This document shows positions 49,741-63,579 of a stretch of 64,000 nucleotides of DNA, in pieces. The notes under the pieces are model-generated. The model made no database searches and was not told where the DNA came from. It saw only the letters and a list, made by a program, of their open reading frames with translations. The DNA is taken from the NCBI GenBank assembly GCA_973895155.1, contig OZ316893.1, positions 10,855,660-10,919,659 of the forward strand. Reading direction: 5' to 3'. This DNA comes from Marsupella aquatica. Lineage: Eukaryota; Plantae; Marchantiophyta. The position numbers and the translations under genes are program-made. The number at the start of each line of letters is the position of its first letter. Position 1 is the first letter of the stretch.

Positions 49741-50614
49741 GCTGAACTATGTTCAGCTGTGTGATGGGGGCCCAAAAAAAGTCCCCAAGATACTTTTGTC
49801 AAAAATACATATGGATTGCAATATTGGACTGCAATACTAGATTTCTTCTATACACTTTCTCTTGTTCTAAAGAGACAAAAACAAAATCCAATGTATTGCA
49901 TATAGTATTTGTATTCAGGCAAGATCATGATGACTTAAGTATGTATTCAGGCAAGATCATGATGACTTAAGTAAGCACAGGAAAGAGATGAGGGGAACAT
50001 TTAATGATTATCTTTTGTGTTTACTTCATTCTTTTGTTTCTTTTTAACTTTGTTCAGCCTAATGTGACCAAACCCCCTTTGGTCCCTGTGTTCACCCTAA
50101 TGTGACCAAACCCCCTTTGGTCACTAGCCTGGTTTACTTTTGTCTCCATGGTTTACTTTTGTCTCTCATGGAGGTCCAGAAAGAGGTCCAGAAAGGTTCC
50201 CTCCCCATTTCAGGTTTACTTGCATCCGTTCAAGACTAGAGATGCTATTTAACACGATGCATAATTATCCCTTCGAGAAGAAAGAGGCTACAAAATTGCG
50301 AGGTTACTTGTTTGAGACGCCCAGTGTATAATTATCTCTTCCCTTCCCTTCCCTTCCCCTCCCCTCCCCTCCGATCCCCTCCCCTCCCCTCCACTCCAAA
50401 GACCGTTCACCCCGCACTCTGCTATGTGCACAGCTGTAGTAGTGGTAAAACTGAACTCCCACCACTACAGTACATTAGCGAACTGCTCTGGTCGTGGCCT
50501 CCAATTACACACTACATAGTTTTCTGCTCGCCCTTCGATCGCCCGCGTGAGGGGGCGAGGACGGAGCGACCGAACTCGCAACGGGATCCTCACTGGAAGT
50601 GTCCTGGGAGGGGC

Positions 50615-53313
50615 ATGGCAGATGGGCAGATTTTAGGAGCGAGAAGTTTTCCGCAAAGCTCGACTGCGATATCAGTCGTGAAGGGCGGAATTGCGAGTGT
50701 GGAGCTCCACCAACGACAGCGGCTTTGTTGCGGTGAAGAAAGGGCGAGGAGAGCTGATCGTTGTCGTTCCCATTATCGTCGTCGGCGGCCGCAGCAGCAG
50801 AAGAGAGCGGGAGGGAGATTGAGTACGCGGACGAGTGGTGGGCTATGCGGACTCATGGCCTCAGCTGCTGAAGGGGATCCTTCTTCTACTTATTCTTCTG
50901 CAGCTGCCGATGCTGCTGCCGATGACCCCTACCAGAGATTTCAGTCGTACTCTGTGCCATCTCAGAACTGGCGAGCGAAGAAGCAGGGAGGGCAGTACCA
51001 GCAGGCCATCGGTGGCGACATTCCTCAACAGGTGAATGGAAGGGCGAGCAGTAACAGCAGCAACATTTTATTCCCAATGCCACTTGAGGTGTCAGAGGAT
51101 TGCGAGGCCAAAGCTGCCACATGGGAGTCGACTGCTATTTCGCTACGGCCGAAGAGAATCATCCTCGTGAGGCATGGGCAGAGTGAGGGAAACGTAGATG
51201 AGAGTGCTTACACGAGGATACCGGACTCCAAAATCTCGCTCACCGAGGACGGGTGGAAACAGGCCATTCACTGCGGGAAGAGGATTCGGGAAATTATTGA
51301 GAAGGATGAGGTCGACGACTGGAAAGTGTACTTTTACGTGTCTCCTTACCGGCGCACTCTCCAGACTTTGCGTGGCATAGGGCTGGCGTTTGAGCGTGAC
51401 CGCATTGCTGGTGTTCGAGAGGAGCCTCGTATCCGGGAACAAGACTTTGGTATGTCTATTCTCTCTGCCCTAATAGTCTTCAATCCATCCTGAACTAGAT
51501 GTCAAGCGTGATAGCTTTTGTGTTGATCAGCCGTTTTGCTTTTTGCTTTTTTTCATTTAGTCTTCTTTGAATCTTCGAAACGCCTTTTAGGGCTTGTCAG
51601 TTAAGAAGCAAGTTAATCTCGTTTCTGAATCAGCAGCCTAGATCGTTCCAGAGTCAGCAGTCCCAATGAATTACGCATCTAACTTTCACGAGTGCTAGGC
51701 CTTTAATGAGGTAGGTTGTCTGCGAGTTATTGTCTTATGCTGACAAGCTGATGTCGTTGCTGCCTTAAAATCCAAGATGTTTGTTTTAAGATGATCGAGA
51801 ATCTTTAGGGTACTGGTACGAAAACTGCTCGCCAGTTTTAATGAACTAGTTTGCGGTACTTAAAATGATGTAACTTGTCGATGACAGCAGTTTGAAGGCA
51901 CATAACGTCAGTGTATGCATTGTCGATCGGAGACAAGAGATTGATGTTGTTCTCTGTGAGATGCGACAGGCAACTTCCAGGATAGAGAGAAAATGCGGGT
52001 GGAGAAAGAAGTGAGATTGCGGTATGGCCGCTTTTTCTACAGATTCCCGAACGGTGAATCGGCGGCTGACGTCTATGACAGGATAACAGGCAAGTAAGTC
52101 AGCTTACTCTCTGGAAACGTCGAATGTAGTCTCTGCCCAGATTTATCACCTCGCCCACGCTTAGATCTCAATTTCTCTGAACAACACCCTCAATTTAGCT
52201 TGTTATTGGCGGTGTTATGATGACGCACACCTCCAAGCAGCCCTTCACCTCTTTTAATGATTATTTTGTAGATAACCTCATTTTTTCTAATTTTCCATGG
52301 ATGCGATGTCCTACGTGACCCCTAGGACCTCCATTGCTGATATCCCACTGTTGAAAAGAGAATGAGGAACTCAGGGCCTATTTAAGGGCATTGTGATAGT
52401 TTGGCCGCTTGGACGGAAGTCTGACAGGGGCTTGTAGTGTCTCAAACTATGCTGCATTTTTGCCAAAGTGCCTGTATGAAGGATAAAAGTCAGTCTGGAA
52501 ATAATAGGTGGGCAATGATGGTTTTATTTCAGGCTTCAGAGAGACTTTAAGAGCGGATGTGGATGTTGGTCGGTTTCAGCGCCCAGAATCAAGATCTAAG
52601 AATATGAATTTGGTGATGGTCTCTCATGGCCTTACCTTACGTGTGTTTCTCATGAGATGGTACAAATGGACCGTTGAGCAGTTTGAGGGCCTGTGGAATT
52701 TTGGGAACACCGGCATGATGGTTATGGAACTTGGGCCTGGCGGCAGGTAATGTAATTGATGAAAGGAAGCTTTATAGTTAAAAGATGTAGGAGCAATCTG
52801 TACGGTGACTTGGATTTCCTCTTTCACTTTTCTTCGATTACGTCCAAGTCAAGATGTTGATGTGCAAATAAGCATGTTGACTAACGTGTTCATGTCAACA
52901 TATACAGGTACAGCTTGACGATGCATCACACGGCTGGTGATTTGAAGGCATTCGGAATGACTGATGATATGATTGCTGATCAAGAGTGGTAAGATTTATT
53001 GGCTGAGACACTCCCACTGTTTGTTTACATTAAGCGATCTGTTTTGATTAGGAGACTTGCTTTTGACAATTTTGGCTGAGCTACGAAGGTTTTTTGGACT
53101 TGTGGACCTAACAGGGTACCCGGTCTTTACAGGCAAAAATATGCAAAGCCGGGCGAACTCAATTATGACTGGCTGACTTCGGGATCTTCATTTTTTACTC
53201 ATTATGATGATTTGCAAAATGGTCTTCACTGTGAAGAGATTCCACCTGATATAATGCGAACTGTTCTTGGGGATGGTGGAGAATTGAATCCGGAGCCCCC
53301 ACGGGTGGAATAG
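50615..53313 (+). CDS. AT74: Phosphoglycerate mutase-like (histidine phosphatase) protein, AT74/AT74H-like; 5 exons (50615-51449, 51970-52089, 52533-52746, 52908-52988, 53133-53313)
   Basis: RPKRIILVRHGQSEGN, YVSPYRRTLQT, EEPRIREQDFGNFQD, YGRFFYRFPNGESAADVYDRITGFRETL, VSHGLTLRVFLMRWYKWTVEQFE. The long Ser/Arg-rich N-terminal extension could be a transit peptide. Confidence 0.95.
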
Positions 53314-54964
53314 TTGAACTCCAGGAGAAAAATCTCCTGCTAGCTGCAATCTCAATTCTTCGGGCCAGATGAGTGTCTTCATTGTCTTTCGGAGGTGAAT
53401 TCAGGGTAGAACATGGTCCATTGGGTTTAAGCTTTTCAGCAAGCATATCAAGAGTGTGCGATAATGATATTGATATGTATCATAAAAAGCTATAGCCTGT
53501 AAGAGGTGAGGGGTAAAACACAGCTACATTGGGCTGGTTTACCCTTGTAAACTACATACATGAAACCAGAAGGCATGTAAATTCTTGGACAGAAATATCA
53601 GGCAAAAGCTGTCCCCAGACGTGCTTGAGACGTCATTGTCCATCGCACGTCGACAAGTTTGCGCAATCTGTTCGTGTGAACGGTCATATGAGTGACGATC
53701 TCATTAACCAAGCAGTAGCAGTTCTTTTCGGCCGACCATCCTTGCCCGCAAGGATGTAGGGTACATTAATGAAGTATCAGAGGTGATAATTTGGTGTTTG
53801 AGCTTCTCAACTGCCAGGACTCTCAGTTGATGGGTTCAAGTTCGAAAACCTTGCAGCAAGTTTGGTCCCAACGGTTTTCAGGGGTAAAGATGGGTACCAC
53901 AGATTTAGGGTCGGTTCACTAGTGGTGCCCTTGGCCACTAGTGACAGGTTTAGACTGTACACCAGTGACGTGGAGAAGAAGTCAATGAGCAAAAGGCAAT
54001 TTTTAACGTTATGTCGAGTGATGGTTCTGGACGGTTCATAGCCCACTCAATTTTTCCAAGACTGCTAAAATATTACAACTTATACAGGAAAGATAATTTA
54101 TGCAAACCATACTTTGACGCAGTGGAAAATTCTCGGCCAAGGTAGATGTGCTGCTTCAACTCTAGGTGAGAAAGCAATTCACTTTCTCGAGTGTTTTTTA
54201 CATGCTAGTATTGACAGCGTATGCATCATGTGGTCCGGTATTGGCAAAATTTCCTTTCTCTGTCTTTTCCTTTGTGTGAATCACATTCAACTTCATGGAA
54301 GACGAGATAGAATGCATCAAGGTTATGTAGTTGCTATTTGGAGAGGTCTACAGAGAGTGTTGTTTGTGATTAGTGGTCTATCACATTCTTCTGATCTTGC
54401 AGAGTCTCGGCAACCAAATGTTGAACGAAATGTCTTGACTCTCTGATTTTCCAAACTGTTTGTCTTGGCCAAATGTGGGTGCTCTTGTGCTTCAGTTGAT
54501 TGTTGCATGTGTTCAGCCCGAATGAGGACCAATTGGAGATTCATGCATCAACAGCGAACCATGACGTAACTCTCTACGTTGTAACGTGGGTGAGGGGTAG
54601 CATTGTCTTGCATTCTAGGACTGTAAGGGCCTCCAATATGATGAGCACCTCAAGTATGAGGTCAACACAATCATTGATGATACCGGTATCTTGCACTGAG
54701 GACCATTAGGACCCACGCAGGATCGGCCTATCCATACAAGTCAGAAACTGCAACTCCCTTCGAACTATGAAGTACGACGCCAAGGGAATGTGAGAAAGCA
54801 GGTGAATGTCAGCATGTACACGTTGAGGAACTAAAGTTGGAAATGGTGAAGTTTATTAAAGTTTAGGAAGTAGAAGACTAACCGAACCCAATTAATCCAG
54901 CACAAACCACCCTCATGAAAATAACGAAACTCTACCTTACCCCACCCTACCCATTAAGGTCTAC

Positions 54965-55112
54965 GGGTCCCTGGAAAGTCGGAAAGTCCCTGGAAAGTCG
55001 GAAAGTCATTAATGACTCTCCATACCTCGGAAAGTCATTAATGACTCTCCATACCCACTGGGTCCCTGGAAAGTCGGAAAGTCATTAATGACTCTCCATA
55101 CCCACTCTCCAT
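54965..55112. repeat. Complex short tandem repeat (GGGTCCCTGGAAAGTCGGAAAGTCATTAATGACTCTCCATACC)
   Basis: Three to four partial or complete copies. Confidence 0.85.
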
Positions 55113-56313
55113 AAATGCTGCCAGGGCCTGATGTTTATCATTAAAGTAAATACCAAAATTTGATCCTTATTTTCCAAGAGCAGGCTAAGGGTGTAGCAAG
55201 TGTCGAGCGAGTGGGAAGGCAGAGATCATGGGTTTGAAACTCACTGTGGGCAAGAGCTTTTTACATCACTACCCACTCAAAAGTGTGGATCAAACAAGCT
55301 TTTGTGACTCGAAAAGCGAATTGTATGAATGCCATAAATGACATTCCAGGGAAAAGTTTTGCTGAATCCGTAGTCTAACCCACTAGAAGTACTGAAGCCC
55401 AAAGGAAGCTTCCAGTCAATCATCAGCCAAGGCCCAAAGTAGGTCCTAATAGAGCATCCCCACCAGTTTGACATGGTGAGACCCGCAAAGGGGAAAAGCA
55501 AGTCATGCTTGGATTAGAATGTTGACCCCACCATTGCTTCCCACTTAGCCACTTAGGCCCACAAAATTAAATGAAAAGCGAGACCAGTGCACATGGAAGT
55601 CAAAAGCAGGACCATATCAGGAATCTTATTTCTATGTCCCTACACTGTGAATCTAGCTTTTAGTATTTTGTCTTTCAGTTGTGTATTTTTTATAATTTCA
55701 ATATGCATCATATGTATTATTTACATTTTAATTTATCCTGGAACCCCTCTTAATGTTCTAAATTTTTGCTATCCTAGAGCTCTAATTTTACATTTTGCAT
55801 CCATCCTTTTAGCAAATTTCAAAGAATCCCTACCACTTGACAATGATTCTATCTCTTCTCATGAGTGAGAGAAAGAAATGACTCTAAACAATGTAGAGAT
55901 ATCTTGTTTGAAGTTCTACTCATGGTTTTATTTCCATGATTTGAGTATTATTATTATTATTATTATTATTTTTGATTCGGTATTATTAACTAAGGCAAGT
56001 GAGTATCTGTACTTTATATGCATTACTCTTTAGTACCTTTGTACCATAGACATGTACCTTTACTGGTCATTATGTGAAATATGTTTTTCTTTGCATGTGC
56101 TATTGTACTTCTACTCTTGTATTTATCCCACTCAAATGACTCAATGTTAACATATCACTACAAGACAAAAAAAAATGCAAACAAATTCCAGGATGAGCAT
56201 GCTATAATACACAGTTGCAAACATATGGCTCAACTTCTGGTGTTTGATGTCTTTTGAGGCAGGCTCTCTTGGCGCTTGTGAAATCCACAAAGATTGGCGA
56301 CCAGTTCTGCCTG

Positions 56314-56725
56314 GGACCTGAAAAGTTTATCAACTAAGATAGTAGGCACCTGTGGCATTGATTTTCAGCAATAGTGCCCAGGAACCTGAAAAGTTTATCA
56401 ACTAAGATAGTAGGCACAGGTGGGTTTGATTTCAGCAAGAGTGCCCAGGAACCTGAATTGACCAAACTGGGGCTGATGATTGGGGACACCACTAGGGATG
56501 CTTTGAACAGGCTGAGCTGAACCCCAACCAGCCACCGTCTTCTAACGCCACCCTCAATGAAGGAAGTGAAAGTTCACGAGTGCAGCCACCCCTGACACCA
56601 CTAGGGATGCTTTGAACAGGCTGAGCTGAACCCCAACCAGCCACCGTCTTCTAACGCCACCCTCAATGAAGGAAGTGAAAGTTCACGAGTGCAGCCACCC
56701 CTCTTCTAACGCCACCCCTCAATGC
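56314..56725. repeat. Two adjacent tandem duplications: ~68 bp (56314-56456) and perfect 109 bp (56485-56593, 56594-56702)
   Basis: CCTGAAAAGTTTATCAACTAAGATAGTAGGCAC occurs twice; GACACCACTAGGGATG...GCAGCCACCCCT occurs twice. Confidence 0.9.
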
Positions 56726-56812
56726 CTGAAGTGGGAAGGTTACATAAACCCGATGGCACCGTTATGCGTCTCCGTGACTGAAGCGGGGAGGTTAAAAATG
56801 AACCCGCGCAGG

Positions 56813-56883
56813 GAACCGAACCGAACCGAACCGAACCGAACCGAACCGAACCACACCGAACCGGCCCGGCCCGGCCCGGCCCG
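56813..56883. repeat. Compound microsatellite (AACCG)~9 then (CCGGC)4 in the demethylase promoter region
   Basis: Read directly from the sequence; followed by a telo-box-like AAACCCTAG at about 56963. Confidence 0.9.
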
Positions 56884-58085
56884 CCCTCACCTCGCCGCAC
56901 CCGTTCCCCTTCCAGTCAAGTCTCTCTGTCCTCAACGAATGCTGCCATCCGTGCCTTTCTGAAAACCCTAGTGTCACTGCTCTCTGTTCCACGCAGAGAA
57001 CAAGGTGCCGTCGAACTAATTGTTTCCTGTTGCCGTGGCCCTGCTCTGCTCAACAGATCGATACGTGAATGACCGCACCTCCGAATCTCGTCCTCCCCTC
57101 TGCAAGGCGATTGGACTTTCGATGGCTGTCGTGGACAGGAAGTCTACCTCAGGACCCATAGTAAGATTGCCTGTAGAGCCCTGCAAAGTTTTGCTTTCCT
57201 TTCCTGCCCTCCGAGGGCCTTTCTCTGCCCTGGCTGTCAAAGCGGAAGGGCTCTTCGAGCTGGTGAATTGGAGCACCACCGAGTGAGATTGGAGATCTCC
57301 CGTCTCTCTCTGTGGCTGTTGGCTGTTGGCTTTGCCTCCCTTCATTCGCCAGGCTCGATAGTCTGGATGCCCGAGGGTTATTAGAAGGGTATTGTTATTT
57401 ATGTTCAGGTCGCCTTTTGTGAAAAGTACCCGGTTGCTGATTTGGGAATGACAAATGGGAAAGACTTAATCGCTGTTTAAGGATATTCAAGAGCATTTGA
57501 CGAGTCTGCGTCCGATTATCTAGTTATTGTTGGTGCCAGTTTTTTTGTAGGGAAATTCTTTTCCACTTCTCGCACATCCTCTCCTCTCCTCTCCTCGTGC
57601 GAGCCTTGTACGGTTCAACTGACGATGCTGTCGAGATCCGTGGCCGAGGAGAATCTTCATAGTCTGTGTCGTCATCACCATCGCCACTACTGCCCTCCAA
57701 GATTTTGGTAGAAATGTTATCATATTTAAATGCTTGCTCCGGAGTACCAGTCTGTTCATGAATGAATTGTACATGTTCCGTCGAAAGCGAGACATAATTC
57801 CAGGGTTTCCATGCATGCAGCAACTACAAGCAATCACCACAAGGATGCCTGTCTGCCCGAGGCGTACAGCAGAAGTAGAGACTGAGAGAGAACTAGCGAG
57901 GAGGAAAAACTTGCAGGAGGACCAGCAAAATCGACTCAGTATGGTGTGCTTCGATTAGGTTTTTTTATCAACCGCAGGAATCTTGAAGCGAGGGAGTGAG
58001 GGGAGAGGAAGGGAGAAGGTTTATTTATGGAACTCTAGGAACGGGCTTTGACAAGTAACAAGATATTGAAGATAAATGTGACAAA

Positions 58086-60970
58086 ATGGTAGAAGCGAAC
58101 CCGTCAGTGAAGCAGGCTATCAGTAGTTCTGTGCCCCCGGGGGACAAGCCCAGCAGCGATGCTTCCACGGGGTTCGTTACAGCACCAGCACCAGCCGCAG
58201 TGTCGGTGGTGACACAAATAGATTTAGGGCCCGTGCGCAGCAGTCCTCGCCTCGACTCCAATGCCAAAGGGAGCACTCTCTCGACCACCACCACCACCAC
58301 CACCACGACCATCATAACCTCAGAGAAGAAGAAAAGAACGCGCGGCCGTGCCACCAGCACTACTAGCATCGAAGCCACTGCTACCACAGCGGCGATGACT
58401 GAATCCGGGGGGACAGCAGAAGGAGCAGTAGCAGGGCAAAAGAGCATGCGGTCATTGCGGCAGCAAGCGAGAGCACCGACTTACAACGAGAACGCACTAG
58501 GCGCGGCTATTGACGAGCAGCTCGGAGGCAGCTCGCCATTCCCGGGTAGAGGGAGAAAGCGAAAGAACGTGGGCATGGATAAAGAAGTCGACGTGGAAGC
58601 GATGATCGCCGCCTCGATTGGGTTCCCTCGAGATGCTCTTACTGAGGAAGAAATTGAAGCCGGAGTGGTTTCCACAGTCGGGGGTTCTGAACAGGCCAAC
58701 TACATTGTAGTCAGGAATCACATTCTGGCGAGGTGGAGAGAGAACGTTAATGCGTGGCTAGACCAGGACACGGTTATGGAGTCCATTCGGAGCCAGCACA
58801 AGAGTTTGGTAGAAGCCGCATATAAGTTTCTTCTCACATTCGGCTACATCAATTTTGGGGTGGCACCGGCTATGAAATCCAGAATTCCAGAGGAACCCAC
58901 GAAGGCCTCGGTGATTGTGATTGGGGCAGGGCTGGCAGGGTTGGCAGCAGCTAGACAGCTGCTGGCGTTTGGGCACAAGGTGGTGGTGGTGGAGGGGAGG
59001 CAGAGGCCGGGGGGCCGGGTTTACACGAAAAAGATGGAGGGGGACGGTTTGGCTGCTGCGGCTGATTTAGGGGGGAGTGTAGTTACAGGGATTCATGGGA
59101 ATCCGTTGGGGGTTTTAGCCCGGCAGCTGGGATTTCCTCTTCATAAAATAAGGGAGAAATGCCCTCTCTACCAGCCGGATGGGTTACCTGTGAAAGAGGA
59201 CATGGATAACATGGTGGAGACGCAGTTCAACAAGCTCTTGGACAGGGCCAGCAAGTGGAGGGAGCAGATGGAGACCGTCTCGGATAGTATTTCACTGGGA
59301 TCAACGTTGGAGACTCTGAGAAGCAATACAAAAGTGGCAGAGGTTGCCGAAGAGAGGCAGTTGTTCGATTGGCATCTTGCCAATCTCGAGTATGCCAATG
59401 CCGGTCTTCTGTCTAATCTTTCACTGGCGTTTTGGGACCAGGACGATCCTTACGAGATGGGTGGTGACCATGTCTTCCTGCCAGGGGGGAATGTTCGGTT
59501 AGTGGCTGCTCTTGCTGAATCAGTACCCATATTTTATGGGAAAACTGTGCACAGCATCACCTACGGAAGCGATGGGGTGAAAGTGGTAGCAGGCGATCAG
59601 GTTTTTGATGGTGATATGGCGTTATGCACTGTGCCTCTGGGTGTATTGAAAAAGGGAGCCGTCAAATTCGAACCAGAGCTTCCACAGCGAAAGCTTGACG
59701 CAATCAGAAGACTAGGATTTGGGTTGCTGAACAAAGTGGTCATGCTCTTCCCCCACACATTCTGGGGCACAGATTTGGACACTTTCGGGCATCTTGGACA
59801 AACTCCAAGTGCTCGGGGTGAGTTCTTCCTGTTTTACAGCTATGCTGCTGTATCTGGAGGTCCCCTTCTCCTCGCTCTAGTTGCCGGTGAAGCTGCTATA
59901 CAATTCGAAAGCATGCCCCCACTGGAGGCTGTCACTCGGGTCTTGGCAGTCCTCAGAGGTTCGTCTCTTAAAACCGTAAATTTTCAATATTTCATCACTC
60001 GTACACATTCCCATATTGTAGCCACATTACTCTATACCCAAAGAAACCTTAAACCCTTTGGTCCCTTTTCCATTAGTTTCTAAAAGATATCTATTAATCT
60101 GTCCACGTCCTCGTCTTCCACTTTTGAAAGTTTGCACCTTCACTAAGTTCCCAAATAGATCTTGATGCGGTATTTGCTAACGGAATTTGACATGTTCCTG
60201 GAAGTGCAGGTATTTATGAGCCCCGGGGGATCCAGGTTCCTGACCCCATTCAGACAGTGTGCACTAGGTGGGGAAGTGACTGTCTATGTTACGGTTCTTA
60301 TTCAAATGTGGCAGTTGGAGCATCGGGTGATGATTATGACATTCTGGCAGAAAGTGTTGGGGATGGCCGCCTCTTCTTTGCTGGAGAAGCCACCAACCGC
60401 CGCTATCCAGCCACAATGCATGGGGCATTTTTAAGTGGGTTGAGAGAGGCAGGCAACATTTCTAATATTGCAGGGTCCAGAACGCTTTCCAGAGGGGACC
60501 GAGTCATACCTAAGGACATTCAGTCTTATGCTGCAATTTTAGCTGACATTTTTAAAGAACCTGACTTAGAATTCGGCTCCTTCTCTATCATTTTTGACCC
60601 GAATAATAGCGACCCAAAATCTTATGTACTCGTAAGACTCACTGTTGGAGGTGGTGGCAAGAAAAAACCTGCAGAAGTTGAGAAGAATGGTGCACCTCCT
60701 CCTTCGGATCAACAAGTCCTCCATCTTTATACAATCATAACTCGCAGACAGGCCTTTGAGTTAATGGAGGTGAGAGGAGGTGACAAGCCTCGCCTTGTGC
60801 ATCTCTCCGAAAAATTTGGTGTCAAGCTGGTTGGTCGACGAGGCCTGGGAGCAATAGGTGAGACACTTGTCAGTGCAACAAAGTCGACTCGAGCAGGGGC
60901 AAGAAAGTCAAACCCCCCATCAAATTCAGCTACTACAAGTCAAGGAGCCAAGATTCCCAAAACTCAATAA
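58086..60970 (+). CDS. FLD/LDL1: Lysine-specific histone demethylase 1 homologue (SWIRM + amine oxidase), FLD/LDL1 type; 2 exons (58086-59958, 60210-60970)
   Basis: SWIRM: [38 protein letters not shown]-binding [15 protein letters not shown]; [11 protein letters not shown]; [13 protein letters not shown]; [28 protein letters not shown]. Phase-1 GT-AG intron restores RGIYEPRG. Confidence 0.97.
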
Positions 60971-63579
60971 GATTCAGCATGATTTACCTACTTCTCATAC
61001 CCATACACCAGGAGCTGTTTCCTTGCCAGCATGTCTTCAAATGGGGGGCAACAATAATCAAATTTTTTAACAGTATGTAGAGCCATATATGCCAACACCC
61101 GTAGAGTCGAAGAATGTAGAGTCTCTTGAAAGAAATGTACATTGGTCGCGGTAGTGATAAGAAACGTAGTTCATCCTAAGAAGAAAGTTACACCAAAGGT
61201 ATGCACTTTCGTTCCCAGTTTAGCTCACATTCTTTCCGATTTCACAAATTCTGGAGAATACAACACGTACGAGGGAGACAGTAGACAAAGGCCTTGCAGC
61301 TATGCGGAAAGAAGTTTAATTCCGGTGGTGGAAGTGTGCTTTATGTGTACACTCTCAAGGGATGAATAGATTACAGATTGAAGCCTCCCAGTTTTTCGTA
61401 CTTGCGAGTATGCTTCGATTTGTTCTATTAAATCACGTTGCACCGAGGCAAACAATGTGAGAGCATCTAGGAATCTCAGGACGGGATATGGCAACGAGCT
61501 TGCCTTAGACCCAATGTGTTGGGTACAACCGTTTGTGTAGAGAATGTTACAGAAAACTACTAGTGAGGGTGGAGTTTGGAAAGAGTGCTGTTGGCTATCA
61601 GGGAACCTTAAAAGATCATGTGCTTGTTTATTTCTCTTGTAAGGATCGCTCCTACTCACCTATTACACAAAGAATCCTTACAACTTTTGGATAAACGAAA
61701 CAATTCATTTTGCATGTTTCAAGTGTCATGTTGTGTGATTGTTTTTTTCTGGAGAAAGGCCATTTTCATATATTTTGATTGAGATCTCACTGGTATTGGT
61801 GCGTTGTGTATAATTTTCCGAAAACGACGTCCGTGGCGTTTGTAGTGTAATATGTCCGTGCCTTCCAGGAGCTTGGTATGGAGAACCCCCCCAAAACATG
61901 AGAAGCAACCCTCTCAGCGTAATCCTAGAAACAAGGATGAAGATTCCGTAGTCTTTCCTGAAGCCGTCTGTTCATCCCTATTGCGTGGAGGATCCAGCTT
62001 GGTCAAAGGCTTGATCTCGCTGAACCTATTCTAATTGCAATCACACAGTACCAAACATCTTTATACAGGACATGTCCCGTGATTCAATCTTCGCCAGAAA
62101 CCTGTGATAAACCCCCAATAGATTCCCTTTCCCTGAGGGGTTAGGCACGTTGCTCCCAGCGCTAGGCATGTTGAGACACTTGTCTCATTCCTTACTTTTA
62201 TGGAGGTTGTCATTTGATTGACCAGCTTTTACACGACTCTTCCTATGAGGGATTGAGGTCTCCACTCCTCACACCCAGGGTTTTGGGTAGATTCCCTACT
62301 GGTTGGTCTTGCGTTATTTGTTGCTAACTGTAGAAGGGTTTGTAATGCTTCTCAGCTGTACATCAATGTGTCTTGCGGTTCCTTCAAACTGCTACTACAG
62401 GACGAGGGATTACTCTTCGGTAGGACTACTTTACATAGAACAGCCTCTAGTTCAACCTCTACTGCTTGGAAGTTTCATTTGGAAATTGGAAGCCTTTAAG
62501 AGGAGAAATTGTCGAGAGAGAACCCAGTGCAGCATTCTGCAAAGCAAACTGCACTTGACAAACCTGACCTTCTCAGTTTGACTTGGGACTAGTATCTAAT
62601 TTATCTATTTATCATTGCTCAAAGTATTGTAAAGCCCTCTCCTATCAGGTAGCCATCTGAATGCAAAAGCCCTTGGCCAGGCAGTCCTTACCCCTCTATT
62701 TATGAGAATTCCCTTATCGGATGGCTTTTCCTTATACATTCTCCTGATACATGGCCATGTGATGGGCATCTGTGTTCCCTGAGTTTTTGTGATCCCACCC
62801 CTATGGAGTCCCTTCAAGGCAATTTGCTCTATGCGTATCTCACCTTTACAATGTGAAGTCTGTCATTGTCCATATATTGCTTTAAAGTGCCACTGGCCAT
62901 AAAAAGCCACAAACACGAAAGTCCACACACCTCCTTCACTCCTCTCTGCCATGGACAACACTCTAGTACCAGTTATACCATTGGTTTCCGTCACATATTT
63001 CTAAACCTAATGGTCCAGGTTTTAGAGATGGTCAGTGGCGGTTTAAAACAAAAGTATATGTGAACAATGGATTGGTAATATATATAAGGGCATCCATCCA
63101 GAAACCCTTATGAGCTGCAGGTTTGGGTAGATAATGTGCACGAACAGCAAAAGGGAGCAAATAGATGCAAGGAGGTGTCAAGTGCAGCCTCCAAAGTCGC
63201 AGGGACCGCCTTGAGCCACCTCCTAGACTGTTGATGAGTATCTAACAATAAAGAGGAATTGCATGGCCTACAGTTTGTGAAAGAAATTGATTGGAAAACT
63301 GAAAAACCAATGTGACTCGCAAGAGTATGGTCCATCCCCTCAACATTTAGTAGCAGGGAAATGACTTCAAGTCCAATTTGTGACATTGGAGATATTGGCA
63401 ACCAGAGTGAGTTTTTCTCAATGCTAGCCTGAATCCACGTGCATATGCACGTGAAAGACTCCCCCTACCCAGACTCCCAATGTTCATTCCTACTCACAAG
63501 CATAGACTGAATATCAGAATTTTCTGTTACTAAAGAGAGATTTTGACCCATGGCTTTACTTTACAGAGTAGGTTGGGGG

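Noticed and set aside
50312-50614. N-terminal 101 aa of the 393-aa ORF
   Set aside because: TTG start running through a low-complexity promoter/UTR tract; the first in-frame ATG is at 50615.
8074-60970. Functional gene cluster among the five conserved genes
   Set aside because: The functions are unrelated (cell wall, organelle membrane, immunophilin, phosphatase, chromatin), so there is no evidence of a pathway cluster.
62040-62850. LTR-like segment (minus-strand ATAAATAGAGGGG, TGTAAAGG start at 62850)
   Set aside because: I could not find a matching terminus or TSD.
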